NCBI GenBank assembly: GCA_036380955.1
Contig: DASVDT010000134.1
Location: 12,571 to 76,570 of the forward strand
Reading direction: 5' to 3'
From: Candidatus Limnocylindria bacterium
GTDB lineage: Bacteria; Chloroflexota; Limnocylindria; QHBO01
Length of the DNA stretch: 64,000 nt
Under the pieces are notes generated by a model. It searched no databases and was not told the origin of the DNA. It saw only the letters and a program-made list of their open reading frames with translations. The number at the start of each line of letters is the position of its first letter. The stretch's first letter is position 1. The position numbers were made by a program, and so were the translations under genes. Of the stretch, positions 10,300 through 19,920 are shown piece after piece.

Positions 10300-10857
10300 T
10301 CATGGGCCCGAGTCGCCGTCGCCGGTCCGATCGTTGAGCAGCGCTGCCAGGCCCGCCAGGCGCGGGTCGATCTCCTCGCCCCCGTGGGTGTGGTCACCAC
10401 GGTCGAGCTTCTCTCCGCACACCGGACACAGCCCCGGGCAGTCGGGTCGATCGAGCGGGAACATCGGCTCGGTCAGCACAAGCTCGTCGTGGAAGACGGA
10501 ATCGAGCTCGATCTCGTGGTGTGCGTTGATGCGCTGCGTCGTGCCGTCGTCACCTTCGTCCGGCGCGATTGGCGCGCCTGTCGCCGGATCGAACGAGGGC
10601 AGGAACTCCTCGCTGATGGTGACGGCGACATCCTCGACGAACGGGTCGGTGCAGCGCGCGCAGATGCGGCGCAGCGGAGCGCTCAGCTCGCCGCGAACCA
10701 GGATGCCGCGATTCGTGCGCTGGAGGTGAAGGTCGGCGTCGAGAGGCCCGGCGAGCTCGACGTCGGGCCCGAGGTTGGCGTAGTGATCGCGGAGCAGGAT
10801 CTCGCGCGTCGCCCCGGGCGGCTCGCGGAGGAGCCCGGCGACGTTGAAGGCGATCAA
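10300..10857 (-). CDS. yceD: YceD/DUF177 family protein (ribosome-associated)
   Basis: 185 aa with paired Cys motifs (CARCTDP ... CPGLCPVCG). Classical position immediately upstream of rpmF. Confidence 0.85.
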   Translation of the reverse strand: MIAFNVAGLLREPPGATREILLRDHYANLGPDVELAGPLDADLHLQRTNRGILVRGELSAPLRRICARCTDPFVEDVAVTISEEFLPSFDPATGAPIAPDEGDDGTTQRINAHHEIELDSVFHDELVLTEPMFPLDRPDCPGLCPVCGEKLDRGDHTHGGEEIDPRLAGLAALLNDRTGDGDSGP

Positions 10858-11474
10858 GACCGTGGCGCGGTGTGGGCCTGCTCCTCCGGTTCGACCCCGA
10901 TCGCGCCTTTGCCAGCGGCACCGCCGGATGGGCCGATTCCGTCATCCCCCGCCGGCCGATGGCGCTCGTCCAGCATGTCGATGCCGCGCTTGATGCTCGT
11001 CAGCGCCTTGATGCACTCGCCCTCGAGGCGGATCAGGACGCCGGCGGCGTACTCGTCCGCGCCGCGACGCACCTCGCGGGCCTCCTCCTGCGCGGCATCG
11101 ATGATCTCGGCGGCTCGCTGCTGCGCGGCCCGGACGAGCTCGCGCTCGCCGAGCATCTGGGCTGCCTGCTCCTGGGCTCGCGCAACGACCGCGTCGCCAT
11201 CCTCACGCGCCCGCTCGGTGATGCGCGCGGCCTCCTCGGTGATACGACGCGCCTGGCGCACCTCGTCGGGAACGGAGACGCGGAGCTGGTCGATCAGCTC
11301 GAGGATGGTGGGCTGATCGAGCACGACGTTGTTGGTCAGTGGCAGCTTCTTCGCGGCGGCGACCAGCGACTCGAGTCGTTCGACCAGGAAGATGATGTCC
11401 GTGGCCCGGGCCCTCCTTGGCTGCGGATTATACGCGCGGCCTGGTCCCCAGTCGCTCGGCAAGGGCAGCCGCAA
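10854..11474 (-). CDS. coiled-coil hypothetical protein (ATP synthase b / V-ATPase H-like annotation class)
   Basis: Good GC3 in this frame. Charged Ala/Glu/Arg helical repeats (EVRQARRITEEAARITERAREDGDAVVARAQEQAAQ). The start is uncertain: ATG 11474 would overlap the coaD end by 47 nt. Confidence 0.6.
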   Translation of the reverse strand: MRLPLPSDWGPGRAYNPQPRRARATDIIFLVERLESLVAAAKKLPLTNNVVLDQPTILELIDQLRVSVPDEVRQARRITEEAARITERAREDGDAVVARAQEQAAQMLGERELVRAAQQRAAEIIDAAQEEAREVRRGADEYAAGVLIRLEGECIKALTSIKRGIDMLDERHRPAGDDGIGPSGGAAGKGAIGVEPEEQAHTAPRS

Positions 11475-11925
11475 CCGGCGCCGGCAGCATCGGTGTCACG
11501 TCGCCTCCGAAGCGCGCGACCTCCTTCGCCAATGACGAGCTGACGTACCCGTACTCGAGCGCCGTCATCAGGAACGTCGTGTCGACCTCCGGCGCGAGCT
11601 TGCGATTGGTGAGGGCCATCTGCAGCTCGGCCTCGAAGTCGCTCACGGCGCGCAGCCCGCGCACGATGAACCCGGCGCCGTGCGTGCGCGCGAAGTCGAC
11701 GGTCAGTCCATCGAAGGCCTCGACGCTGACATGGCCGCCGAGATCGGCGACGCACTCGCGAATGAGGGCCACGCGCTGCTCGATGCTGAACAGCGGCTCC
11801 TTCTTGGTGTTGTTCAGGACGCCGATCACGAGCCGATCGAAGAGCCCCGAGGCGCGCCGCGCCACGTCGAGATGCGCGTTCGTCATCGGATCGAAGGAAC
11901 CGGGAAATACCGCGACCCGCGTCAT
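11428..11925 (-). CDS. coaD: phosphopantetheine adenylyltransferase
   Basis: MTRVAVFPGSFDPMTNAHLD nucleotidyltransferase motif. ATG 11925 forms an ATGA overlap with the rsmD stop. The track ORF is over-extended. Confidence 0.93.
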   Translation of the reverse strand: MTRVAVFPGSFDPMTNAHLDVARRASGLFDRLVIGVLNNTKKEPLFSIEQRVALIRECVADLGGHVSVEAFDGLTVDFARTHGAGFIVRGLRAVSDFEAELQMALTNRKLAPEVDTTFLMTALEYGYVSSSLAKEVARFGGDVTPMLPAPVAAALAERLGTRPRV

Positions 11926-12464
11926 GCGTCCTCCGTGGCCAGGAAGGTGAGCATCGTCTCCCCGAACCGCCGCTGCCGCTCGACCGCCAGGCGGTCGACC
12001 TCCGGCACCTCGGTTCGCCAGAAGTGCTTGATCACGACCATCGCGCCGGGTGCCAGCCTCGGCACCAGCGCCCGAAGCGGCGCCACCATAGCACGCGTCT
12101 CGTACGGCGGATCCAGGATCGCCAGGTCCCACGCCGCGTCGCGCGCCGACGCCAGGTGACGCTCCACCTCGGCCGCATGGATCCTCGCGGCGTCCGTCAG
12201 CCGCGTCCGCGCCAGGTTCGCGCGCAGCGCTTCGAGAGCGGCACGATCACGCTCGACGAAGTCGACGCTCAGCGCCCCGCGCGACAGCGCCTCGATCCCG
12301 ATGGCGCCGCTGCCGGCGTACAGGTCGGCCACACGCGCGTCCGGGACCCGGTCGCCGAGGATCGCGAACAGCGTCTCCTTGACGCGATCGGTGATCGGCC
12401 GGGTCGCACGTCCGCGTGGCGCCGCCAGGGGTACGCCACGCGCGGTTCCGGCGATGACGCGCAT
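11922..12464 (-). CDS. rsmD: 16S rRNA (guanine966-N2)-methyltransferase RsmD
   Basis: SAM motif DLYAGSGAIGIEALSRGA and the DPPY motif. 1-nt overlap with the recG stop. Confidence 0.9.
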   Translation of the reverse strand: MRVIAGTARGVPLAAPRGRATRPITDRVKETLFAILGDRVPDARVADLYAGSGAIGIEALSRGALSVDFVERDRAALEALRANLARTRLTDAARIHAAEVERHLASARDAAWDLAILDPPYETRAMVAPLRALVPRLAPGAMVVIKHFWRTEVPEVDRLAVERQRRFGETMLTFLATEDA

Positions 12465-14545
12465 CAGGCCGCGTCCCCCTCCTCCTCGATCGGTGCGAAG
12501 CTGGCCTGGAGCCGTACGAGCTCCGGGCGCGCGGCGAGCGAGCCGTCCGCGCCGACGACCTCATCGGCGAGCGAGCGAGCCCGTTCGGCGAGGCGGATGT
12601 GGCGCGGCTCGAACAGCGATGCGACCTTCAGCGGCGGCAGGCCGGACTGCCGCGTTCCGAGCAGGTTGCCCGCGCCGCGAAGCTCGAGGTCGGCCTCCGC
12701 GATGGCGAACCCGTCCTGCGAGCCGCGCACCACCTCGAGCCGCCGCAGGGCCAGCTCGTCGGTCGCGTCCGAAAGGAGGATGCAGAACGACCGATGCGGC
12801 CCGCGGCCGACGCGGCCGCGGAGCTGATGAAGCTGGGCCAGGCCGAAGCGCTCGGCATCCTCGATGAGCATGACGCTGGCGTTCGGCACGTCGATGCCGA
12901 CCTCGATCACGGTCGTGGCGACCAGCACGTCCATCTCGCGCGCGGCGAAGGCCGTCATGGTCGCGTCGCGCATCTCCGCGCGCTGCTGGCCGTGGACCAA
13001 CCCGATGCGGAGCCGCGGAAGCCGCTCTCGCAGCCGTTCGGCCTCCGCCTCGGCGCTCGCCGCCTGGAGCGCATCCGACTCCATGACCAGCGGCACGACC
13101 ACGAACGACTGGCGCCCCTCGGCCGCCTCGGCCACCAGGAATTCCTCGATCTTCGGCATCGCTCGCCGATCGCGGATCTCGGTTCGGATCGGCTGCCGCC
13201 CGGGCGGCAGCTCGCGAATGGAGCTGATGGACAGATCGCCGTAGACCGTCAGCGCGAGCGTCCGGGGGATCGGCGTGGCCGTCAGAGCAAGCGTGTGCGG
13301 CTCGGTCCCGGCTCCCTTTGCCTGGAGCGCTGCGCGCTGCCCGACGCCGAAGCGATGCTGCTCGTCGACGATCGCCAGGCCGAGGCGAGGGAATGTGACC
13401 GCCTCGCTGATGACGGCGTGCGTCCCGATCACGACCTGGGCCTCGCTTGCGCCGATGGCCGACTGGATCTCCCGCTTCTGCGCGGCTCGTAACGAACCGG
13501 AAAGGAACTCCGCTCGGACGCCGAGCCGCTCGAGCAGCGGCGCAAGCCCCGTGTGATGCTGGCGCGCCAGGATCTCGGTCGGTGCCATGAGTGCCGCCTG
13601 CCAGCCGGCACGGACCGCCGCAGCCAGCGCGATCGCCGCCACGGCGGTCTTGCCGCTGCCGACGTCACCCTGGAGCAGGCGCCGCATCGGCCGGTCAGCG
13701 GCGAGGTCGTCCAGGACGGCATCCACGGCACGGCGCTGATCTTCGGTGAGCTGGAACGGCAGCGCGGCGACGATCTCCGCGCGCTGCAGCTCGGTGATGG
13801 CGATCGACGGCGCGTGGAGGCGCTCACGCGCACGACGGGCCTGAGCGAGCGTGAGCTGGAGGGCGAGCAGCTCATCGAAGGCGAGCCGATCGAGGGCATC
13901 GGCGACGTCGGCGGCCTCCTCCGGGAAGTGGGCCGTGCGCAGGGCGTCGGCCAGCCCAGGCAGTCCGGCGCGCTCTTCGACCTCGAGCGGGTCGTCCACC
14001 GCCGGCAGGGAGGCCTCGAGGATCCGCGCCAATAGCTCGCGCAGCCGCTTCTGGGTGATCGTGCCGCTGAGCCGGTAGACCGGCACGACGCGGGCGGTGT
14101 GGACGGACTCGTGGCCGATGGGCGAAAACTCGGGCGAGGTGAACTGTGGTCGCCATCCTCGCTGTGTCACCTTGCCCGACACGATGAGCTGGTCACCGCT
14201 GCGCAGCCGCCGCTCGACGAAGCGGCGCCCGAACCAGATGGCCTCCGCGCTGCCGGTCTCGTCACTGAGCTGCGCGATCACGCGCTGCGGCCGGCGTCCG
14301 AATCCCGGCTCGACGCGCACGGCGTCGACACGGACCCGCGCGGACTGCTTCTCGTCGGGCACCAGCTCGCCGAGCGGGCGGAGCTCGCTGAAGTCGTCGT
14401 ATCGAAAGGGCAGGTACCAGAGCGCCTCGCGCGGCGTCGTGACCCCCAGCCTGGCGAGCGCCGGCGCGGCACGGGCGAGCTCGGGAAGCGCGCTGCGAAT
14501 CGGCCGATCGAGGTCCTCCGGGGCCAGCCGCCGGCTCGATTGCAT
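12464..14545 (-). CDS. recG: ATP-dependent DNA helicase RecG
   Basis: 693 aa. Wedge/OB N-terminus, Walker A GDVGSGKT, DEQHRFG box and C-terminal helicase domain. Confidence 0.95.
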   Translation of the reverse strand: MQSSRRLAPEDLDRPIRSALPELARAAPALARLGVTTPREALWYLPFRYDDFSELRPLGELVPDEKQSARVRVDAVRVEPGFGRRPQRVIAQLSDETGSAEAIWFGRRFVERRLRSGDQLIVSGKVTQRGWRPQFTSPEFSPIGHESVHTARVVPVYRLSGTITQKRLRELLARILEASLPAVDDPLEVEERAGLPGLADALRTAHFPEEAADVADALDRLAFDELLALQLTLAQARRARERLHAPSIAITELQRAEIVAALPFQLTEDQRRAVDAVLDDLAADRPMRRLLQGDVGSGKTAVAAIALAAAVRAGWQAALMAPTEILARQHHTGLAPLLERLGVRAEFLSGSLRAAQKREIQSAIGASEAQVVIGTHAVISEAVTFPRLGLAIVDEQHRFGVGQRAALQAKGAGTEPHTLALTATPIPRTLALTVYGDLSISSIRELPPGRQPIRTEIRDRRAMPKIEEFLVAEAAEGRQSFVVVPLVMESDALQAASAEAEAERLRERLPRLRIGLVHGQQRAEMRDATMTAFAAREMDVLVATTVIEVGIDVPNASVMLIEDAERFGLAQLHQLRGRVGRGPHRSFCILLSDATDELALRRLEVVRGSQDGFAIAEADLELRGAGNLLGTRQSGLPPLKVASLFEPRHIRLAERARSLADEVVGADGSLAARPELVRLQASFAPIEEEGDAA

Positions 14546-14579
14546 GGCCCGATCCTAGCGTGCTACCCTTGCGATCGCT

Positions 14580-14603
14580 CCGGCGCACGGCGCCGGTTTT
14601 GTT
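14580..14603 (+). promoter_or_regulatory. terminator-like stem-loop in the rpmB 5-prime UTR
   Basis: CCGGCGC-ACG-GCGCCGG (perfect 7-bp stem) followed by TTTTGTT, about 20 nt upstream of the rpmB ATG. No upstream plus-strand gene exists for it to terminate. Confidence 0.4.
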
Positions 14604-14624
14604 CTGATTGGAGATCCTTCACCC

Positions 14625-14816
14625 ATGGCCCGCGTCTGCGATATCTGCGGCAAGCGCCCGATCACCGGCTGGAATCCTCAGTCGGTCGGCATGAACCGCA
14701 AGCGCGCACTGCGCCGATGGCTGCCGAACCTGCAGCCGATGACCCTCGTCCGCGATGGCAAGGTCACCAAGGTGAGCGCCTGCAGCCGCTGCCGGCGAAC
14801 CGCCCAGAAGATCTGA
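14625..14816 (+). CDS. rpmB: 50S ribosomal protein L28
   Basis: MARVCDICGKRPITG...RRWLPNL is the typical L28 sequence. GGAGA Shine-Dalgarno upstream. Confidence 0.93.
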   Translation: MARVCDICGKRPITGWNPQSVGMNRKRALRRWLPNLQPMTLVRDGKVTKVSACSRCRRTAQKI

Positions 14817-14840
14817 CGCTTCCCCGCTGAAGCGCCGATG

Positions 14841-14870
14841 CGCCCGCGTCAATCCACGCGGGCGTTTGTC
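14841..14870 (+). terminator. rho-independent terminator after rpmB
   Basis: CGCCCGCG-tcaatcca-CGCGGGCG hairpin followed by TTTGTC, 25 nt after the rpmB stop. Confidence 0.6.
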
Positions 14871-15125
14871 ATGCCGGTCCCAAGACTGCCCGGATGCAAG
14901 GGACATGACAGGCCAGTCACGGAAATTCACGCCACCCCGACACGCGGGCGGGACTGAGCTCCGACTCGGCCACTACCTGCCCCTCAAAGCGCCGAAAAGT
15001 CGGCCGCGACACGAATTCCGGCAACGGTGACGCGCAGATGCGGGCCTCGGCGCCGCGCTGTGCACTCTGCATGTGAATGTGGTGACGGGATCGCGCCTCG
15101 CCCAGGAGGACGGGCGGGCGCGCCG

Positions 15126-15584
15126 TCAACCATCGGCCAGGTCGCGCTCCGAGTCGAGCACGAGCGTGAACGGGCCGTCGTTGACGAGCTCCACCGCCAT
15201 GTCGGCTCCGAACCGCCCTGTTGCGACGTGAATGCCGGTCATGCGAAGGCGCTCCACGAACCGATCGAGCAGTGGGATGGCAGCATCCGGCAGCGCAGCG
15301 GCCGTGAAGCCCGGCCGCCGGCCACGGCGGACGTCCGCGTACAGCGTGAACTGGCTCACGATCAGCAGGGAGCCACCGACATCCGAGACGGCGAGGTTCG
15401 TCCGGCCATCGGCATCCTCGAAGTAGCGCAGCCCGACGAGCTTGTCGGCCATGCGCTCGGCCACGTGCGAGTCGTCGGAGGCGCCGATGCCGGCGAGCAC
15501 CAGGGCGCCGGGCCCGATCTCGTCCACCAGCTCTGCGCTGACCCGGACCGATGCACGCGTCACGCGTTGGACGACGAGGCGCAT
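15126..15584 (-). CDS. dtd: D-aminoacyl-tRNA deacylase
   Basis: MRLVVQRV start, SQFTLYAD and NDGPFT motifs typical of Dtd. Confidence 0.93.
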   Translation of the reverse strand: MRLVVQRVTRASVRVSAELVDEIGPGALVLAGIGASDDSHVAERMADKLVGLRYFEDADGRTNLAVSDVGGSLLIVSQFTLYADVRRGRRPGFTAAALPDAAIPLLDRFVERLRMTGIHVATGRFGADMAVELVNDGPFTLVLDSERDLADG

Positions 15585-15587
15585 CGC

Positions 15588-17288
15588 CTACGGCGACGTC
15601 GAGGGCGAGGGCGCGGCTGAAGCGGGCGCGGCCGACGTGATCGGCGCCGAGTCCTCGCCGTCTCGGGGCGGCCCGAGCGCCGACTCGGTGAAGATGGCGC
15701 GCGCGTTCCAGATCATCCAGCCCTTGGCGTCGTTGTCGGCCGCCGCCTGCATCTCCGTCCGCACCTGGTCGGCCGTGTACGGCGCGAAGGAGCCGTAGCC
15801 GAAGTCCTGGATCCACGGCCGGATGACGACCGGCAGCCCGTCCCTCTCCTCGTTCATGATCTGGAGCGTCTCGTCGATCACCTCGTAGGGATGATCGTTC
15901 GGGACCGGGAAGCCGAAGACGCCGGGGCCGTAATGCGATGGGTAGACCATCGGGCTGAAGTAGTCCACGTACGGCATGATCACCTCGGGTCGCTGCCCGA
16001 TGCCCTGGTCGTCGGGCACGATGAAGGCGATCGGGAAGCAGTCGGCCGCCAGGAACGTCTTCGTCATGTCGAGACGCTCGCTGACGACGCGGAGGACGCG
16101 CTGGATGGCCGGCAGCCGGAACGATTGCGTGTTCGGCAGGTTCGTATCGGCGACGTCGTACGGGCCGTCGCTGAAGAACCGGATGTAGTCGAGCTGGACC
16201 TCGTCGAAGCCCTTGTCCGCCAGGTCGCCGGCGATCGAGGCGATGTACTCGGCAACGCCGGGTGCCGAGGGATCGAGCCACGCGCCGCCGATGTTGTCGC
16301 GCCACGGCTCCCCCGTCGCGCTGTTGCGCACCGCCAGCTCCGGTCGCGCCGCGGCCGAGGTGTTGTCCTTCATGACGACCATCCGCGCGATGGTGTAGAT
16401 GCCGCGCTCCTTGAGCATCGGCAGAAGCTCCTCCAGGTCGAAGATCGGCGTCTCGCGGATGGCTCCGACTTCAGCCGCCGTCTCGAGGTCGGTCGCGTAG
16501 TAGAGCCGGCCATCGGTCTCCTTGACGTCGATGACCATGGCGTTGACCTCGGTGCGATCGATCAGGTCGAGCATGGCGTCCAGCCGGCCCGGCGCCTCGA
16601 ACACGGCGGCCGGCGCATACAGCGCCCGCGCCGCGAACGGCTGCATGGCGACGTCCTTGGTCATCTCGGCGTCGATCGCGATCTCGCCAAGCCGGTAGCC
16701 GGGCATCTTGTAGATGAGCGTTCCCTCGGCCGGGACCCCGGCGAGCGCATAGGCACCGTCCTCGTCGGTCTCGACCATGGCTTCACCGCCCTCGACGAAC
16801 ACGCGCACGCCGGCCAGTGGCTCACCCGCCTCGTCGGTCACCGTGCCGCTCACCACGTTCGACCGGAGCGCGACCTCGAGCGGTCCGTCGTCAGGTACCG
16901 ACGCGGTGGCGGGATCGTGCCCGTCGGCGGTGACCTCGACCGACGCGCCGCGCATCGCGGTCACGGTCGCCGTCCCATCGGCAGCGGTCGTGGTCGCTGC
17001 GCCATCGACGCTGATCGCGGCTCCCGCCACGGGCTCGTCGGTACCGGTCGTCACGACGGTGATCGCGACGTCGCGGGGCTGCTCCGGCGTCGGTGCCGGC
17101 GTCGGTACGAAGGGAAGCTGCGGCCCGTCCTCGCCGCAGGCGGCGAGCAGCGTGACGAGGGCCAGGGCCAGGATGACCAACCAGGCGAGGCGGCGAGGCA
17201 GCGGTTCAGGTCCTTTCGGCGTTGGCATCGGCGTCGCGCGCGTGGGCGGCCGCGCGCAGGGCGGCGACCGTTGGCGCCAGGTCGCCAT
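15588..17288 (-). CDS. lipoprotein, putative glycoside hydrolase (DUF4015-like) with N-terminal beta-sandwich domains
   Basis: Lipobox LLAAC after a signal helix. C-terminal TIM-barrel-like region with GFDEVQLDYIRFF. Alternative start at ATG 17228. Confidence 0.75.
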   Translation of the reverse strand: MATWRQRSPPCARPPTRATPMPTPKGPEPLPRRLAWLVILALALVTLLAACGEDGPQLPFVPTPAPTPEQPRDVAITVVTTGTDEPVAGAAISVDGAATTTAADGTATVTAMRGASVEVTADGHDPATASVPDDGPLEVALRSNVVSGTVTDEAGEPLAGVRVFVEGGEAMVETDEDGAYALAGVPAEGTLIYKMPGYRLGEIAIDAEMTKDVAMQPFAARALYAPAAVFEAPGRLDAMLDLIDRTEVNAMVIDVKETDGRLYYATDLETAAEVGAIRETPIFDLEELLPMLKERGIYTIARMVVMKDNTSAAARPELAVRNSATGEPWRDNIGGAWLDPSAPGVAEYIASIAGDLADKGFDEVQLDYIRFFSDGPYDVADTNLPNTQSFRLPAIQRVLRVVSERLDMTKTFLAADCFPIAFIVPDDQGIGQRPEVIMPYVDYFSPMVYPSHYGPGVFGFPVPNDHPYEVIDETLQIMNEERDGLPVVIRPWIQDFGYGSFAPYTADQVRTEMQAAADNDAKGWMIWNARAIFTESALGPPRDGEDSAPITSAAPASAAPSPSTSP

Positions 17289-17913
17289 CGTTACTGTACA
17301 GGCCGCTGCCGACCACCATCACCTCTCCGCCGGCATCATGCGCGCGCCCGATGGTGCCGAGATTCACGCCCCCGTCGACGCCAATCGGCACGTCCAGGCC
17401 TCGCCGGTCGATCTCGTCACGCAGCGTTCGCATCTTCGGCAGGACGTCGTCGATGAAGGCCTGGCCGCCCCAGCCGGGATGGACCGTCATGACGAGAAGC
17501 AGATCGACCCGCTCCAGCCACGGCAGGACCGCCGACGCGTCCGTCTCGGGGTTGAGCGCGATCCCGGGACGCTTGCCCGCACGCTCGATCCGGGCGATGA
17601 CGGCGGCCGGTTCGTCGTCCGCCTCGACGTGGAAGACGATGAGGTCGCTGCCCGCGTCGGCGAAGCGTTCGGCATAGGCGAGCGGATTGCTGATCATGAG
17701 ATGAGCGTGGAACGGGAGCTCGGTTCGTGGTCGAACGGCCTCGACCGCGACCGGCCCCATGCTCAGGTTGTCGACGAAGTGGCCGTCCATGACGTCGAGG
17801 TGAATCGAGTCGACCCCGCCATCGGCAGCGCGCTCGACCTCGGCACCGAGCGACGCGAAGTCCGCGGTGAGGATGCTGGCGCTGATGTGCGGCCCGTGGG
17901 GTCCGTCCATCAC
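17206..17913 (-). CDS. rpe: ribulose-phosphate 3-epimerase
   Basis: HLDVMDGHFVDNLSMGP and MTVHPGWGGQ motifs. 4-nt overlap with the rlmN stop. Confidence 0.95.
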   Translation of the reverse strand: MMDGPHGPHISASILTADFASLGAEVERAADGGVDSIHLDVMDGHFVDNLSMGPVAVEAVRPRTELPFHAHLMISNPLAYAERFADAGSDLIVFHVEADDEPAAVIARIERAGKRPGIALNPETDASAVLPWLERVDLLLVMTVHPGWGGQAFIDDVLPKMRTLRDEIDRRGLDVPIGVDGGVNLGTIGRAHDAGGEVMVVGSGLYSNDGDLAPTVAALRAAAHARDADANAERT

Positions 17914-19052
17914 GCCGACGCCACCGGAAGCGCCGCCGATTCGCGCGCCTCGCGCAGCGAGCGACCCGAGAGCTGGGCGTGGAGCTGGCCGCAGGCGGCC
18001 TCGATCTCGCGGCCACGCGTGTCGCGAACCGTCGTCGGCACGCCGCCGGTGCGGAGGGTCGCCACGAACCGATCGATGCCCGCGCGTGGCGTGCCGCTCC
18101 AGCGCGAGCCCGGCGTCGGGTTCAGCGGGATGAGATTGACGTGCGAGCGCCAGCCGCGCGCCAGTGTCGCGAGGCGCGACGCCTGCTCATCGGTGTCGTT
18201 CAGGCCGTCGATCATCACGTACTCGAGGCTGACGCGGCGACCCGTCCGCGCGGCGAACCGACGCCCGGCAGCGACGACCTCGCGCAGCGGCCACTTGCGA
18301 TTGATCGGAACCAGCTCGTCGCGCAGCTCGTCGGTGGCGGCATGGAGGCTGATGGCGAGGTTCACCTGCGGCAGCTCGGTGATCATGCGGTCCATGCCGG
18401 GGACCACGCCGGACGTCGAGACGGTGATGTGCCGAGCGCCGATCCCGAGCCGCTGCGGGTCGTTCAGCAGGCGCACCGCCTTGAACACGCGGTCCGCGTT
18501 GTTGAGTGGCTCCCCCATTCCCATGAAGACGATGTTGTAGTGCCCGCCCCCGCCCGCACCGAGCGCAGTCCACGGCGGCCGGTGCCAGTGCAGGACCTGG
18601 TCGACGATCTCGCCGGCGGTGAGCTGCCGGCCGAATCCGGCCTGACCCGTCGCGCAGAACGGGCACGCCACGGCACAGCCGGCCTGCGAGCTGATGCAGA
18701 TCGTCGTGCGATCGCCCGCAGCGCCTCGCGCCGGGTAGCGCATGAGGACCGATTCGATGCGTTGGCCGTCCGCCAGCTCGTGCACCGCCTTGGCGGTGAG
18801 GCCGCCATCGGCGCCGATGACGTGGCTGTCGGCGATCGTGCTGAACCGGAAGTCCGCACCGAGCGCCCTCCGCAGGGTGCGCGGGAGCTCGGTCAGGTCG
18901 TCGAATGTCGCCGCGTCGGCGCGGTGTGCGCCGTTCAGGATCTGCTCCGCCCGATACGCCGGCTCGCCGCGGGCGGAGAGCCACGCGGCGAGCGATGGAA
19001 CGTCGATCTCGCTGATCGCCGGCCGAGGCCCGGCGAGCTGGAGCTCAGTCAC
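17910..19052 (-). CDS. rlmN: 23S rRNA/tRNA (adenine-C2)-methyltransferase RlmN (radical SAM)
   Basis: Radical-SAM cluster CAVACPFCATG, a conserved C-terminal Cys (EAACGQL) and full-length similarity pattern. Confidence 0.93.
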   Translation of the reverse strand: MTELQLAGPRPAISEIDVPSLAAWLSARGEPAYRAEQILNGAHRADAATFDDLTELPRTLRRALGADFRFSTIADSHVIGADGGLTAKAVHELADGQRIESVLMRYPARGAAGDRTTICISSQAGCAVACPFCATGQAGFGRQLTAGEIVDQVLHWHRPPWTALGAGGGGHYNIVFMGMGEPLNNADRVFKAVRLLNDPQRLGIGARHITVSTSGVVPGMDRMITELPQVNLAISLHAATDELRDELVPINRKWPLREVVAAGRRFAARTGRRVSLEYVMIDGLNDTDEQASRLATLARGWRSHVNLIPLNPTPGSRWSGTPRAGIDRFVATLRTGGVPTTVRDTRGREIEAACGQLHAQLSGRSLREARESAALPVASA

Positions 19053-19770
19053 GGCGACCGAAGATTAGCCAGGCGTAGTAGAGGAACGTCAGGAGCGCGG
19101 TCAACGCGCCGGCGACGTAGGTCCAGGCAGCCGCCTTGAGCACGTCGCGCGCGCCGGCCTGGCGCTCACCGACCAGCCCAAGGCCGTTGACGAACGCCAG
19201 CGCCTTGCCGGATGCGCCGATCTCGACCGGCAGCGTCGCAAAGGTGAAGATCACGGCTCCGGCAAAGCCGATGAGGCCGACGAGAGCCAGCCCGGTCAGG
19301 TTCAGCCAGAAGCCGGCGATGATCAGCCAGGGTGCGATGCCGGATCCGAATTGCGCGGCCGGCACGATGGCCTGACGCAGCGCCATGGCCGGCTCACGCT
19401 GCTTGTCCTGGAGCGCGTGGCCGACCTCGTGCGCGATGACTGCCGCCGCCGCCACGGAGAGGCGCGGCGCATTGGTGGTGAGGCCGTGGGCGGTCAGCGC
19501 GGATGCGTCGGCGACCTGTGTGCTGACGCGGAGTATCTTCCCGCGCGGGTCGTAGTGGTCGGTCAGCTGGCCGGGCGTGGGCTCGATGCGCACGTCGGAC
19601 AGCCCTTGCCGGTCGAGCAGGCGCCGCGCGAAGTCGAACGCGTCGAGATTGAGGCCGGAGTCGACCTTCGCCCACTTGGCGTAGGTCGAGCGGACGCGCC
19701 ACGCCGCCCATCCGGTGATCGCCAGCGTGACGACCAGGACGACGATGTAGAGCGGATCGAGGAACAGCAT
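19045..19770 (-). CDS. putative neutral zinc metallopeptidase (YugP/Zn_peptidase_2-like), membrane protein
   Basis: HEVGHALQD zinc motif and C-terminal TM helices. ATG 19770 is preceded by GGGAGGTG; the track start lies inside that Shine-Dalgarno sequence. Confidence 0.85.
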   Translation of the reverse strand: MLFLDPLYIVVLVVTLAITGWAAWRVRSTYAKWAKVDSGLNLDAFDFARRLLDRQGLSDVRIEPTPGQLTDHYDPRGKILRVSTQVADASALTAHGLTTNAPRLSVAAAAVIAHEVGHALQDKQREPAMALRQAIVPAAQFGSGIAPWLIIAGFWLNLTGLALVGLIGFAGAVIFTFATLPVEIGASGKALAFVNGLGLVGERQAGARDVLKAAAWTYVAGALTALLTFLYYAWLIFGRRD

Positions 19771-19802
19771 GTGTGAACCCACCTCCCGAGAGGGTTAGCG
19801 AG

Positions 19803-19808
19803 AGTATA
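19803..19808 (-). promoter_or_regulatory. candidate -10 hexamer TATACT for the Zn-peptidase/rlmN operon
   Basis: Reverse complement reads TATACT, about 30 nt upstream of ATG 19770. Confidence 0.35.
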
Positions 19809-19920
19809 TCCGACCTCCCGGACGCCTCTTTCACACCGCCATTGCGGTTGCGAGCCGTCATGCGGCATGGGACCTGCCGTAGGGACCGATGCACACACCG
19901 AGCGAGGAGACAACAGCGTC

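Noticed and set aside
14917-16305. 462-aa minus-strand ORF spanning the dtd region, and the 14880-15125 spacer whose translation (FVSRPTFRRFEGQ...LSPARV) faintly resembles an AraC-family C-terminus
   Set aside because: The long ORF is out of frame with dtd and the DUF4015 gene, both of which are well supported. The AraC-like resemblance has wrong spacing and no HTH, so it is not reportable even as a pseudogene.
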